A stretch of DNA of 64,000 nucleotides from Macrostomum hystrix (GCA_950097015.1 CATNEN010000037.1:868001-932000), one strand, 5' to 3'; shown: positions 23,701 through 35,200, counted from the stretch's first letter. A program made the numbers and translations. Notes: generated from the sequence alone by a model not told the origin.

Positions 23701-25048
23701 GGCGATGTCGGGCCGCGCGGCGATCGTGGCGAAAAAGGCGACTTGGGTCCGAAGGGCGTTGTTGGCCTCAAGGGCCGAGGCGGCGAGAGGGGCGTTCCCG
23801 GGCCGGGCGGGCCGATGAGTCCTGGCGGCTCCCTGCTGACCATCCACTCGATGAGCGACACAGCGCCCGACTGTCCGATAGGCACCAAGAAGGTGCGCAT
23901 GGGCTATAGCTTTGTGGCGGCGTTCTACAACGGCAAGACCTGGGCGCAGGACCTTGGTGAGTAGCCCGGAGGGGCAGCATCAAACTAAATAAAAATTGAG
24001 AGCGCCATTTTGATCCATACCATAAAATCCCCAATGGCAGGCTCCATGGGCTCATGTCCGGAGAAGTTCACGAGCATGCCTTTCATCAATTGCGACTCGG
24101 CACTAAACTGTCACTATTCTAGCCGCAGCGAGCGCTCCTATTGGCTATCGACCCGCTCGGCCATGCTCGCCAATCCGGTGTCAGTTAAAGATCCGCAGGT
24201 AATGTCGCGAATCTCCAGGTGCACTGTGTGCGACTCGCCAACGGATGTGATTGCAGTGCACTCACAAACCAATCTGCATCCGGACTGTCCGACAGGCTGG
24301 GGTCAGATTTGGATTGGCTATAGCTTCCTTATGGTGAGTCAGCTATTGATTATTGATGATTGATACATTTAAACAACCTCCTGCAGTCTAGAAATAAGAT
24401 TCTTCAGGGTTGAACGCGTCTAAACCCTGAGGTGTGAATGCCACTTTAAAACCCTAGCTGAGTTGTTATGGTCAGTCTAAAACTCTGAGGTGTTATAGCC
24501 AGTCTGAAACTCTGAGGTGTGAAGGCCAGTCTAAAACTCTGAGGTGTGAAGGCCAGTCTAAAACTCTGAGGTGTGAAGGCCAGTCTAAAACTCTGAGTTG
24601 TGAAGGTCAATCTAAAACTCTGAGGTGTTATGGTCAGTCTAAATCTCTGATGTGTTAAAAACTAATTTTACCGTTTAAAACCGTTAAAAAGATAAATAAG
24701 TATTACATAACTACTGATGCAGTAGTGTTGTGCCTCATTCAAGCGTCCTATTTATTTTTGTGAAACTGCCACCTCACCCAACTGCAGTATACCACCGGCG
24801 GCAGCGGAGGCGGCCAGGACTTGAACTCTCCTGGCAGCTGCCTGCAGCACTTCAGCTTCGCTCCAATGATGGAGTGCAACAACAACGGCGGCAATTGCAA
24901 CCACTGGAAAGATTCCGTGAGCTACTGGCTGACCATTGTTGCGGACGATAGCATGTTCAAGAAGCCAGTTAGCGCGTCCAACTCTTTCCCAGGCACAACG
25001 GACATCTATTCTAGAATAAGTCGCTGCACAGTCTGCAGGCGGGGTTGA
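8780..25048 (+). CDS. COL4A2: Type IV collagen alpha chain, alpha2-like, complete (~1761 aa, 23 exons)
   Basis: Exons 8780-8838, 9437-9494, 9577-9636, 10606-10740, 12036-12080, 12285-12347, 14045-14266, 14361-14564, 15327-15380, 15479-15586, 17652-18083, 18188-18547, 18698-18779, 19312-19427, 19503-19959, 20414-21312, 21437-21703, 22244-22526, 22601-22834, 22920-23054, 23498-23956, 24041-24333, 24788-25048. They sum to 5286 nt with consistent phases. Contains a signal peptide, [13 protein letters not shown] start, Gly-X-Y helix and two C4 repeats. The alpha2-like call comes from NC1 spacing (7 residues between WLST and PV, 6 in the ECxxxxxxC loop, WLT); it denotes subfamily, not strict orthology. 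Confidence 0.93.
8975..9310. repeat. 18-bp minisatellite (GCTGCTTCAGGTAGTTTT) x~18, intronic
   Basis: Intron 8839-9436. Confidence 0.9.
9950..10470. repeat. Degenerate ~17-bp minisatellite (AAAATAAACACCCGCTG), intronic
   Basis: Intron 9637-10605. Confidence 0.8.
10800..11980. repeat. Pyrimidine-rich 14-bp minisatellite (CTCTCCTCCCTGTA/T), intronic
   Basis: Intron 10741-12035. Confidence 0.9.
12575..14000. repeat. 17-bp minisatellite (GATTCACGGGTTTCATT) x~84, intronic
   Basis: Intron 12348-14044. Confidence 0.95.
14600..14940. repeat. Degenerate ~17-bp minisatellite (TTCTTAGAAAACTACGT), intronic
   Basis: Intron 14565-15326. Confidence 0.75.
15618..17565. repeat. 22-bp minisatellite (AACCTACAGACACCAAACTGTA) x~88, intronic
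   Basis: Fills intron 15587-17651. Confidence 0.95.
20065..20285. repeat. 24-bp minisatellite (CCTCCTCCACCTAGGTTACCAACC) x~9, intronic
   Basis: Intron 19960-20413. Confidence 0.9.
23165..23390. repeat. 24-bp minisatellite (TCATCCACCTCTCCTCCGTCCCAA) x~9, intronic
   Basis: Intron 23055-23497. Confidence 0.9.
23824..25048 (+). other. Collagen IV NC1 domain (two C4 repeats, 12 Cys) across the last three exons
   Basis: LLTIHS..PDCP..GYSF..AQDLG..GSC..F.SMPFINC..C.Y.SR..SYWLST..ISRCTVC, followed by [49 protein letters not shown]. Confidence 0.95.
24470..24650. repeat. 27-bp minisatellite (CTGAGGTGTGAAGGCCAGTCTAAAACT) x~7, intronic
   Basis: Intron 24334-24787. Confidence 0.85.
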
Positions 25049-25481
25049 CGCAAGCTGTCAGCAAATAGTACACATTCACAATACTTCTCTGACGATTTTT
25101 CTTATAATTAATTACTCGCAAGAACTCATTGTAGGCACCGCCCAGAACAGTACCTTCAATTATCCTGTGACGGATTCTAGTGGCGTCCCTACTCCTTTAC
25201 TTAATGTCTCTAAAGTGGGCTAAATTAGATTAACTAGCAGATTTAAATTTTTTAATTAAAATGGTTTAAGCATTTCTATTTATGCAGTGATTGTAGGCCA
25301 TTTCTTTAACTAGTTTTTTCATATTTATATTTGTTTTTAATCTAATTAACCAACAAGCTCCCTGCCTTACTCACCCGCTATTGTAAGCATCATTGTGTGT
25401 TGCGCAAGTCTTAGATATATTAGGAATATTTTTACATTCTGTAAGTGAATGCCACTGCTAACTGTACTCGTATATCACGAA

Positions 25482-25487
25482 AATAAA
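25482..25487 (+). promoter_or_regulatory. Candidate polyadenylation signal (AATAAA) for the collagen gene
   Basis: AATAAA ~430 nt downstream of the stop, after an AT-rich UTR-like stretch. Confidence 0.45.
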
Positions 25488-25969
25488 TACGAGTACATAA
25501 CTAGTAAACAATTTAGGGCTATATTATTGCTGGAACGTTAGTCTATAATAAATCTAAAATGTCCATCCACGATCTCAGATCGAAGTAAATTATCTTGCAA
25601 ATGTTATGTAACGCCAAGCTTTCTGCTCGAAATCACTAGACCTTTATCTACGAAAATATATTTATCTAGTTGTGAGGCCAGTTTTGTTTCAAAAGTTACA
25701 AAACACGCAATCGTTATACGGTATCTGCTTCTGTGCGTTCTGATGTAACAAATACATGCTAAACTGTTGCTGTTAAGCTATAACAAATAAATATACTCCT
25801 CTTGTTGCTAAACCAGAAAATCTAGATCATTAGACTGTTGACAAAGGTAACAGCCTCGATTTTAATTTGCGTGCGCTACTACAATATATTACACTGAATA
25901 TCCAATGGATCACTCAATTTGCATAATACTTTGAATTGCAATTCGCACTTTGAATTTGAATTCGCGCTG

Positions 25970-28320
25970 GAGGGGTTTAGGGTTGGTTGGTTATGCGGTG
26001 GAGGGGTGGTTGGTTATGCGGTGGAGGGGTGGTTGGTTATGCGGTTTAGGGGTGGTTGGTTATTCGGTGGAGGGGTGGTTGGTTATGCGGTGGAGGGGTG
26101 GTTGGTTATACGGTTTAGGGGTGGTTGGTTATGCGGTTTAGGGGTGGTTGGTTATGCGGTGGAGGGGTGGTTGGATATGCGGTGGAGGGGTGGTTGGTTA
26201 TGCGGTGGAGGGGTGGTTGGTTATGCGGTTTAGGGGTGGTTGGTTATTCGGTGGAGGGGTGGTTGGTTATGCGGTGGAGGGGTGGTTGGTTATACGGTTT
26301 AGGGGTGGTTGGTTATGCGGTTTAGGGGTGGTTGGTTATGCGGTTTAGGGGTGGTTGGTTATGCGGTGGAGGGGTGGTTGGTTATGCGGTTTAGGGGTGG
26401 TTGGTTATGCGGTGGAGGGGTGGTTGGTTATACGGTTTAGGGGTGGTTGGTTATGCGGTGGAGGGGTGGTTGGTTATGCGGTTTAGGGTTGGTTGGTTAT
26501 ACGGTTTAGGGGTGGTTGGTTATGCGGTGGAGGGGTGGTTGGTAATGCGGTGGAGGGGTGGTTGGTTATACGGTTTAGGGGTGGTTGGTTATGCGGTTTA
26601 GGGGTGGTTGGTTATATGGTTTAGGGGTGGTTGGTTATGCGGTTTAGGGGTGGTTGGTTATGCGGTGGAGGGGTGGTTGGATATGCGGTGGAGGGGTGGT
26701 TGGTTATGCGGTTTAGGGGTGGTTGGTTATGCGGTGGAGGGGTGGTTGGATATGCGGTGGAGGGGTGGTTGGTTATACGGTTTAGTGGTGGTTGGTTATG
26801 CGGTGGAGGGGTGGTTTGTTATGCGGTGGAGGGGTGGTTTGTTATGCGGTGGAGGGATGATTGGTTTTGTGGTTAAGGGGTAGTTGGTTAGTGGTAGAGG
26901 GGTGCTGGTTAGCTGGAGAGGGGCAGTTGGTTAGTGGTAGAGGGGTGTTGGTTAGTGGTAGAGGGGTAGTTGGTTAGTGGTAGAGGGGTGCTGATTAGCG
27001 GGGGAGGGGTAGTTGGTTAGCGGTACAGGGGTGCTGATTAGCGGGGGAGGGGTAGTTGGTTAGCGGTACAGGGGTGCTGATTAGCGGGGGAGGGGTAGTT
27101 GGTTAGCGGTACAGGGGTGCTGGTTAGCGGGGGAGGGGTAGTTGCTTAGTGGTAGAGGGGTAGTTGGTTAGTGTTAGAGGGGTGTTGGTTAGTGGTAGAG
27201 GGGTGCTGGTTAGCGGGGGAGGGGTAGTTGGTTAGTGGTAGAGGGGTGCTGATTAGCGGGGGAGGGGTAGTTGGTTAGCGGTACAGGGGTGCTGGTTAGC
27301 GGGGGAGGGGTAGTTGCTTAGTGCTAGAGGGGTAGTTGGTTAGTGTTAGAGGGGTAGTTGGTTAGTGGTAGAGGGGTGTTGGTTAGTGGTAGAGGGGTAG
27401 TTGGTTAGTGGTAGAGGGGTGTTGGTTAGTGGTAGAGGGGTAGTTGGTTAGTGTTAGAGGGGTAGTTGGTTAGTGGTAGAGGGGTGTTGGTTAGTGGTAG
27501 AGGGGTAGTTGGTTAGTGGTAGAGGGGTGCTGATTAGCGGAGGAGGGGTAGTTGGTTAGCGGTACAGGGGTGCTGATTAGCGGGGGAGGGGTAGTTGGTT
27601 AGCGGTACAGGGGTGCTGATTAGCGGGGGAGGGGTAGTTGCTTAGTGGTAGAGGGGTAGTTGGTTAGTGTTAGAGGGGTGTTGGTTAGTGGTAGAGGGGT
27701 GCTGGTTAGCGGGGGAGGGGTAGTTGGTTAGTGGTAGAGGGGTGCTGATTAGCGGGGGAGGGGTAGTTGGTTAGCGGTACAGGGGTGCTGATTAGCGGGG
27801 GAGGGGTAGTTGGTTAGCGGTACAGGGGTGCTGGTTAGCGGGGGAGGGGTAGTTGCTTAGTGGTAGAGGGGTAGTTGGTTAGTGTTAGAGGGGTGTTGGT
27901 TAGTGGTAGAGGGGTGCTGGTTAGCGGGGGAGGGGTAGTTGCTTAGTGCTAGAGGGGTAGTTGGTTAGTGTTAGAGGGGTGTTGGTTAGCGGTACAGGGG
28001 TGCTGGTTAGCGGGGGAGGGGTAGTTGCTTAGTGCTAGAGGGGTAGTTGGTTAGTGTTAGAGGGGTAGTTGGTTAGTGGTAGAGGGGTGTTGGTTAGTGG
28101 TAGAGGGGTAGTTGGTTAGTGGTAGAGGGGTAGTTGCTTAGTGCTAGAGGGGTAGTTGGTTAGTGTTAGAGGGGTAGTTGGTTAGTGGTAGAGGGGTAGT
28201 TGGTTAGTGGTAGAGGGGTGTTGGTTAGTGGTAGAGGGGTGTTGGTTAGTGGTAGAGGGGTGTTGGTTAGTGGTAGAGGGGTAGTTGGTTAGTGGTAGAG
28301 GGGTAGTTGGTTTGTTGTAG
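25970..28320. repeat. Composite G-rich minisatellite: 23-bp block (GGGGTGGTTGGTTATGCGGTGGA) to ~26880, then a related ~22-bp block (GAGGGGTAGTTGGTTAGTGGTA) with higher-order variants
   Basis: Direct reading; lies between the convergent collagen and TFCP2 3' ends. Confidence 0.92.
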
Positions 28321-29084
28321 AGGGATGTTGGTTAGCGGTTGCGGGGTGGTTGGCTATGAGGTGGCGTGTCGGGTGGTTGTGCGGAGAAGGGATTTGGTTT
28401 TGCGTGGGGTGCTTTTTAGTGCCTCGGTAGAATTGAACGATTCGCTCACCTAATTTCCATGGTCAAAAAAGTTTGTGTCTTGCTTTCTTTTTTTAATTGC
28501 TTTAGGAATTAGGATAAATAAAAAAGTCGAGCAAAACACATCTTCAATGCGTTGCTTTCCAGTTCATAAAAATGAGTCAGAAATTCAGAGAAAGATAGAG
28601 CAGGGTGCAGAAGTGCTGAAACCGTTAAAAAACATGGTTTCTGTAACATTTTTGGACTGGCGATTCGTTAAATAAGTTAATAATTTTCATGATGCCAAGC
28701 CCAGGAAACAAGCAGTTTCGCGGTGAACCTGACACACAAGTCAGACATTAGCAGCTGTGCCACATCGCCAGTCAAGGAAAAGGGGAGAGGGGGCGTGAAG
28801 TGAAGTTTGACTCTTAATTTTAACAGTTAAAGTTTTATTTCCAGAGGCTAAAACAACAATCTAAAATATACAGTCACAATAACTCAGTATCTTCTGAATC
28901 CTTTGGTATTGGAATTGGCAATAAGTGGGGACTTTTAAGGAACATAACTTCATCGACTGCAAGCAAGGTCTTTGTTTGCCTATGCAATTACCTAATTATT
29001 AGGTAATAAATAAATTAAATAATTAAATAATTAATAGCTAAAAGGCTATTATCGTATCTAATTATCAGACTAGTACAGCTAAAT

Positions 29085-29870
29085 CATCAGATAAGGCCTG
29101 TACCTGAATCATCAGTCAGGACTGTACCTAAATCATCAGACTAAGCCTGTACCAAAATCATCTGACAAGGCCTGTACTTAAATCATTAGACTAGGCCTGT
29201 ACCTAAATAATCGGACTAAGCTTGTACCTAAATAATTAGACTAGGCCTGTACCTAAATAATCGGACTAAGCCTGTACCTAAATCATTAGACTAGGCCTGT
29301 ACCTAAATAATCGGACTAAGCCTGTACCTAAATCATTAGACTAGGCCTGTACCTAAATAATCGGACTAAGCCTGTACCTAAATCATAAGACAAAGCCTGT
29401 ACCTAAATCATCAGACTAAGCCTGTACCAAAATTATTTGACAAGGCCTGTACTTAAATCATTAGACCAGGCCTGTACCTAAATCATCAGACTAAGCCTGT
29501 ACCAAAATTATTTGACAAGGCCTGTACTTAAATCATTAGACCAGGCCTGTACCTAAATCATCAGATCAGGACTGTACCTAAATCATCAGACTAAGCCTGT
29601 ACCAAAATCATTTGACAAGGCCTGTACCTAAATCATTAGACTAGGTCTGTACCTAAATCATCAGATCAGGACTGTACCTAAATCAGCGGACTAAGCCTGT
29701 ACCTAAATAATTAGACTAGGCCTGTACCTAAATCAGCGGACTAAGCCTGTACCTAAATAATTAGACTAGGCCTGTACCTAAATCATCAGACTAAGCCTGT
29801 ACCTAAATCATCAGACTAAGCCTGTACCTAAATCATCGGACTAAGCCTGTATCTAAATGAGACTAAGCTC
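29085..29870. repeat. 25-bp minisatellite (CTAGGCCTGTACCTAAATCATTAGA), partly alternating dimers
   Basis: Direct reading. Confidence 0.9.
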
Positions 29871-30744
29871 CTACCTAAAGCACTAGACAAAGCATTGACA
29901 CCCTGCAGCTTTCACCCTGCGGTTTTTCTTGTACAATGTGTCGCAAAACTGCATAAAACAAAATTACGCAGACGGCCGTGCATTTGCATGTGTACAAATC
30001 CTAATAATATGAATCCATAATGGGGTGTTAGCAATAAAAAGGAAACGCTACACAATGGGTGCAAACTTATGCAGGTAAGTAGACGCAAAACAACTGTTGG
30101 TGCGCCGCGTATTAAAATTAATGAGAGAAGAAACTTAAACAGAAAAAAGAAAACACACGCTAAGTAGCCTACTCATAGGGAGCTCTAATGCGCGAAAAAT
30201 ATGCATAAAAAGTGAAATAAATATTAATTAATGCTTTATAGCTGAGAAAGATAGTGAGCATTTATAAGATAGGCGGAAATTGGCGGCACTTCACAATTTA
30301 CCTAGCCTGCCAAATTAAACTCAGAGTATAATCTAAGCCAAAAGTATTTTTAGCTTCAAGGTGGCAGGCTGGGTAAACTAGGTCGCTTTAGAAATATCAG
30401 CACTAAAAAAATTTTGCATTAAAAAAACAACGACCCGCAATACAAATACATTAACGAAAACAAGAAAGATGAACTAATATTTTAACAAACAGTGCCGCAT
30501 TACTTGTACATTTACAGCCACACAGGAAAAATGTGGGTGGACTCATCTTCGTATGGTTAAGACTGCACTGGTGATATTAAAACTAGCTTATATCCCTTGT
30601 ACAAGAGCAGTCTTAACCACAGTCCAAAAATAACGTCAATGTAAACTTTTAAGGAGGAAATCATTGCATACTGTAATTAGTAGCATTGGATGCGTGGCAC
30701 CACCAAAATAGGTCAAATAAGTGAAACTCATTCTATTATAGGCA

Positions 30745-31550
30745 ATCAGTGGCCAGTGTACATTAGTTTTGGGGTGGTGGGCTTATCAGTGGCCAGTGTA
30801 CATTAGGTTTGGGGTGGTGGGCTTATCAGTGGCCAGTGTACATTAGGTTTGGGGTGGTGGGCTTATCAGTGGCCAGTGTACATTAGGTTTGGGGTGGTGG
30901 GCTTATCAGTGGCCAGTGTACATTAGGTTTGGGGTGGTGGGCTTATCAGTGGCCAGTGTACATTAGGTTTGGGGTGGTGGGCTTATCAGTGGCCAGTGTA
31001 CATTAGGTTTGGGGTGGTGGGCTTATCAGTGGCCAGTGTACATTAGGTTTGGGGTGGTGGGCTTATCAGTGGCCAGTGTACATTAGGTTTGGGGTGGTGG
31101 GCTTATCAGTGGCCAGTGCACATTAGGTTTGGGGTGGTGGGCTTATCAGTGGCCAGTGTACATTAGGTTTGGGGTGGTGGGCTTATCAGTGGCCAGTGTA
31201 CATTAGGTTTGGGGTGGTGGGCTTATCAGTGGCCAGTGCACATTAGGTTTGGGGTGGTGGGCTTATCAGTGGCCAGTGTACATTAGGTTTGGGGTGGTGG
31301 GCTTATCAGTGGCCAGTGTACATTAGGTTTGGGGTGGTGGGCTTATCAGTGGCCAGTGTACATTAGGTTTGGGGTGGTGGGCTTATCAGTGGCCAGTGTA
31401 CATTAGGTTTGGGGTGGTGGGCTTATCAGTGGCCAGTGTACATTAGGTTTGGGGTGGTGGGCTTATCAGTGGCCAGTGCACATTAGGTTTGGGGTGGTGG
31501 GCTTATCAGTGGCCAGTGTACATTAGGTTTGGGGTGGCGGGCTTATCAGT
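30745..31550. repeat. 40-bp minisatellite x~20, near-perfect
   Basis: ATCAGTGGCCAGTGTACATTAGGTTTGGGGTGGTGGGCTT. Confidence 0.95.
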
Positions 31551-32260
31551 GTACATTAGTAGCGCCACGCATCCTGCAGCATAACCACATCTATGAAATT
31601 CGCTAGTATAAAGATATAATGCGCATTACTAGCTATTTCTACAAGAAGAAAGTTTGAACGCACGCACTTCCAATGTATGGGGAACTCTGTAAAACGTGTG
31701 CGCTAGTACTAATTCACAGCAGATAAATCGCGCATAAATGAAAATATAGCAATATAAAAAAGAGATGATAATCCATAAACAATATACTGCATCTGCTTAG
31801 AGAACTATATACAGACACATCTTAAGAAGTGTTGCTGTTGTTTTATAATGACAGAAATTACTGAATTAAGATTAGATAAGTTAGTACTCGTACGCATGTG
31901 TCTTACAATAATATCTTATTCGCTTTACACTTATATACTTATACACCTGTAAACAGATGGCATTGCAAAATTGATTCCCATAGAAGAGGGGTAACTCGTA
32001 CAGATACGTGAGAGAAACTGCTATTGGCAGTAGTATAGAAGAACTAACAACTCAATCGAACATTGTACATGCATTCTCAAAGAAGGTCCATCTTTAGAAT
32101 TTACTTAATCGCACCTGATACAGAAAAATCAACGTAGGAAACAGTCAAGCCAAAAAGGAATATTATTATTCTCTTGTTAAAGCATTAACAGATGCCAATC
32201 TGTGCATCAAGAGACAATTAGAAGGCAGCGTAAACCATTCGCAAATCTGTAGCTGACAAC

Positions 32261-35200
32261 TTAATTTGCGTGCCCATTGGTCTCCGAGTGGCTGACAGCT
32301 TTCATGAAGATCTTGAACCGGCCGGTGATCACTTCATCTGGCACTACGTGCAGGGAGAAGCGAGACTCGCAGTCAAGCTGCGCCACCATCTGGAAGGTTA
32401 GAGATGAAGGGTAGGTGAGATAGTGGAGCAGAGATGAAGGGAGGGTGAGATAGTGGAGCAGAGATTAAAGGGAGGGTGAGATAGTGGAGCAGAGATTAAA
32501 GGGAGGGTGAGATAGTGGAGCAGAGATTAAAGGGAGGGTGAGATAGTGGAGCAGAGATGAAGGGAGGGTGAGATAGTGGAGCAGATATGAAGGGAGGGTG
32601 AGATAGTGGAGCAGATATGAAGGGAGGGTGAGATAGTAGAGCAGATATGAAGGGAGGGTGAGATAGTGGAGCAGAGATGGAGGGTGAGATAGTGGAGCAG
32701 AGATTAAAGGGAGGGTGAGATAGTGGAGCAGAGATGGAGGGTGAGATAGTGGAGCAGAGATTAAAGGGAGGGTGAGATAGTGGAGCAGAGATGAAGGGAG
32801 GGTGAGATAGTGGAGCAGATATGAAGGGAGGGTGAGATAGTGGAGCAGAGATGAAGGGAGGGTGAGATAGTGGAGCAGATATGAAGGGAGGGTGAGATAG
32901 TGGAGCAGAGATGGAGGGTGAGATAGTGGAGCAGAGATTAAAGGGAGGGTGAGATAGTGGAGCAGATATGAAGGGAGGGTGAGATAGTGGAGCAGAGATG
33001 GAGGGTGAGATAGTGGAGCAGAGATTAAAGGGAGGGTGAGATAGTGGAGCAGATATGAAGGGAGGGTGAGATAGTGGAGCAGAGATGGAGGGTGAGATAG
33101 TGGAGCAGAGATTAAAGGGAGGGTGAGATAGTGGAGCAGAGATGGAGGGTGAGATAGTGGAGCAGATATGAAGGGAGGGTGAGATAGTGGAGCAGATATG
33201 AAGGGAGGGTGAGATAGTGGAGCAGATATGAAGGGAGGGTGAGATAGTGGAGCAGAGATGGAGGGTGAGATAGTGGAGCAGAGATTAAAGGGAGGGTGAG
33301 ATAGTGGAGCAGAGATGGAGGGTGAGATAGTGGAGCAGATATGAAGGGAGGGTGAGATAGTGGAGCAGATATGAAGGGAGGGTGAGATAGTGGAGCAGAT
33401 ATGAAGGGAGGGTGAGATAGTGGAGCAGATATGAAGGGAGGGTGAGATAGTGGAGCAGAGATGGAGGGTGAGATAGTGGAGCAGATATGAAGGGAGGGTG
33501 AGATAGTGGAGCAGATATGAAGGGAGGGTGAGATAGTGGAGCAGAGATGAAGGGAGGGTGAGATAGTGGAGCAGAGATGAAGGGAGGGTGAGATAGTGGA
33601 GCAGAGATGAGGGGACGGTGAGATAGTGGAGCAGAGATGAAGGGAGGGTGAGATAGTGGAGCAGAGATGAAGGGAGGGTGAGATAGTGGAGCAGAGATGA
33701 AGGGAGGGTGAGATAGTGGAGCAGAGATGAAGGGAGGTGAGATAGTGGAGCAGAGATGAAGGGAGGGTGAGATAGTGGAGCAGAGATGAAGGGAGGGTGA
33801 GATAGTGGAGCAGAGATGAAGGGACGGTGTGAGGCTTGCCTCATCGCTGATGCACACTGGAATGCCCCCAGGTCCGTAGAAAAGGATCTGCGAAATTTTC
33901 TCTCCGTCAGACTGGAATAAGCCGGCCACCTTGCTAAGCAGGTCGTGATAGGTCAGGCTGTTTAAATACACCGGGTGGAACACTGCAAAGGAGGTCGGTA
34001 AGCGAGCGCAGCTTAATATACAAATGGTGCGAATAGCAATTCATAAACAGCTGATTGTGGCAGGGAGGCACAGTATATCAGCTGATTGTGGCAGGGAGGC
34101 ACTGGATATCAGCTGATTGTGGCAGGGAGGCACAGGATATCAGCTGATTGTGGCAGGGAGGCACAGTATATCAGCTGATTGTGGCAGGGAGGCACAGGAT
34201 ATCAGCTGATTGTGGCAGGGAGGCACAGGATATCAGCTGATTGTGGCAGGGAGGCACAGTATATCAGCTGATTGTGGCAGGGAGGCACAGTATATCAGCT
34301 GATTGTGGCAGGGAGGCACAGTATATCAGCTGATTGTGGCAGGGAGGCACAGTATATCAGCTGATTGTGGCAGGGAGGCACAGTATATCAGCTGATTGTG
34401 GCAGGGGGGGCACAGGATATCAGCTGATTGTGGCAGGGAGGCACAGGATATCAGCTGATTGTGGCAGGGAGGCACAGGATATCAGCTGATTGTGGCAGGG
34501 AGGCACAAGATATCAGCTGATTGTGGCAGGGAGGCACAGGATATCAGCTGATTGTGGCATGGAGGCACAGGATATCAGCTGATTGTGGCAGGGAGGCACA
34601 GGATATCAGCTGATTGTGGCAGGGAGGCACAGGATATCAGCTGATTGTGGCAGGGAGGCACAGGATATCAGCTGATTGTGGCAGGGAGGCACAGGATATC
34701 AGCTGATTGTGGCAGGGAGGCACAGGATATCAGCTGATTGTGGCAGGGAGGCACAGTATATCAGCTGATTGTGGCAAGCGTACCGCTCTCGGACTCCTGT
34801 CCAACATAGAACAACAGCTTGAACCGGCAGGGTCGCTGCACCAGGCCGTTATAGAGCCGGACGCCGTCAGAAGCGCCGCAGATTTCAATGAGATCGGCGC
34901 GCGACAAGCGCAACAAGTCGGCGCCGTTGAAGTTGGCGAACACTCGGTTGAGAGAGGCGAACCGGTTCTGTTCTAGCCAGTCAGCAACCTGCTGGGGCGA
35001 GCTGGCGGATGTCAAATCAACAGGCGAGTCGCGGCCTCCTCTAACCAGGCCGGCGGTGGTGGAAGCTGTCGAACTGCGCGCGATGTAAGTCGGACTAGTC
35101 GGCGAGTGGGACGACTTCGGACTGGCCGAAGCGCCGGAGCTGCCGCCGCCGTTTCCGCCGCTGCCACCGCTGCCCTGCTGTATTCTAGAGCTTGCCTCCT

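Noticed and set aside
483-23900. Many Pro/Ser/Phe-rich ORFs antisense to, or out of frame with, collagen exons (e.g. 1083-1292, 17573-18049, 20676-21134)
   Set aside because: These are the reverse complement or shifted frames of Gly-X-Y codons, which lack stops; there is no independent gene signal.
30745-31550. CRISPR-like appearance of the regular 20-47 bp arrays
   Set aside because: Units are contiguous with no unique spacers, there are no cas genes, and the context is eukaryotic and intron-containing.
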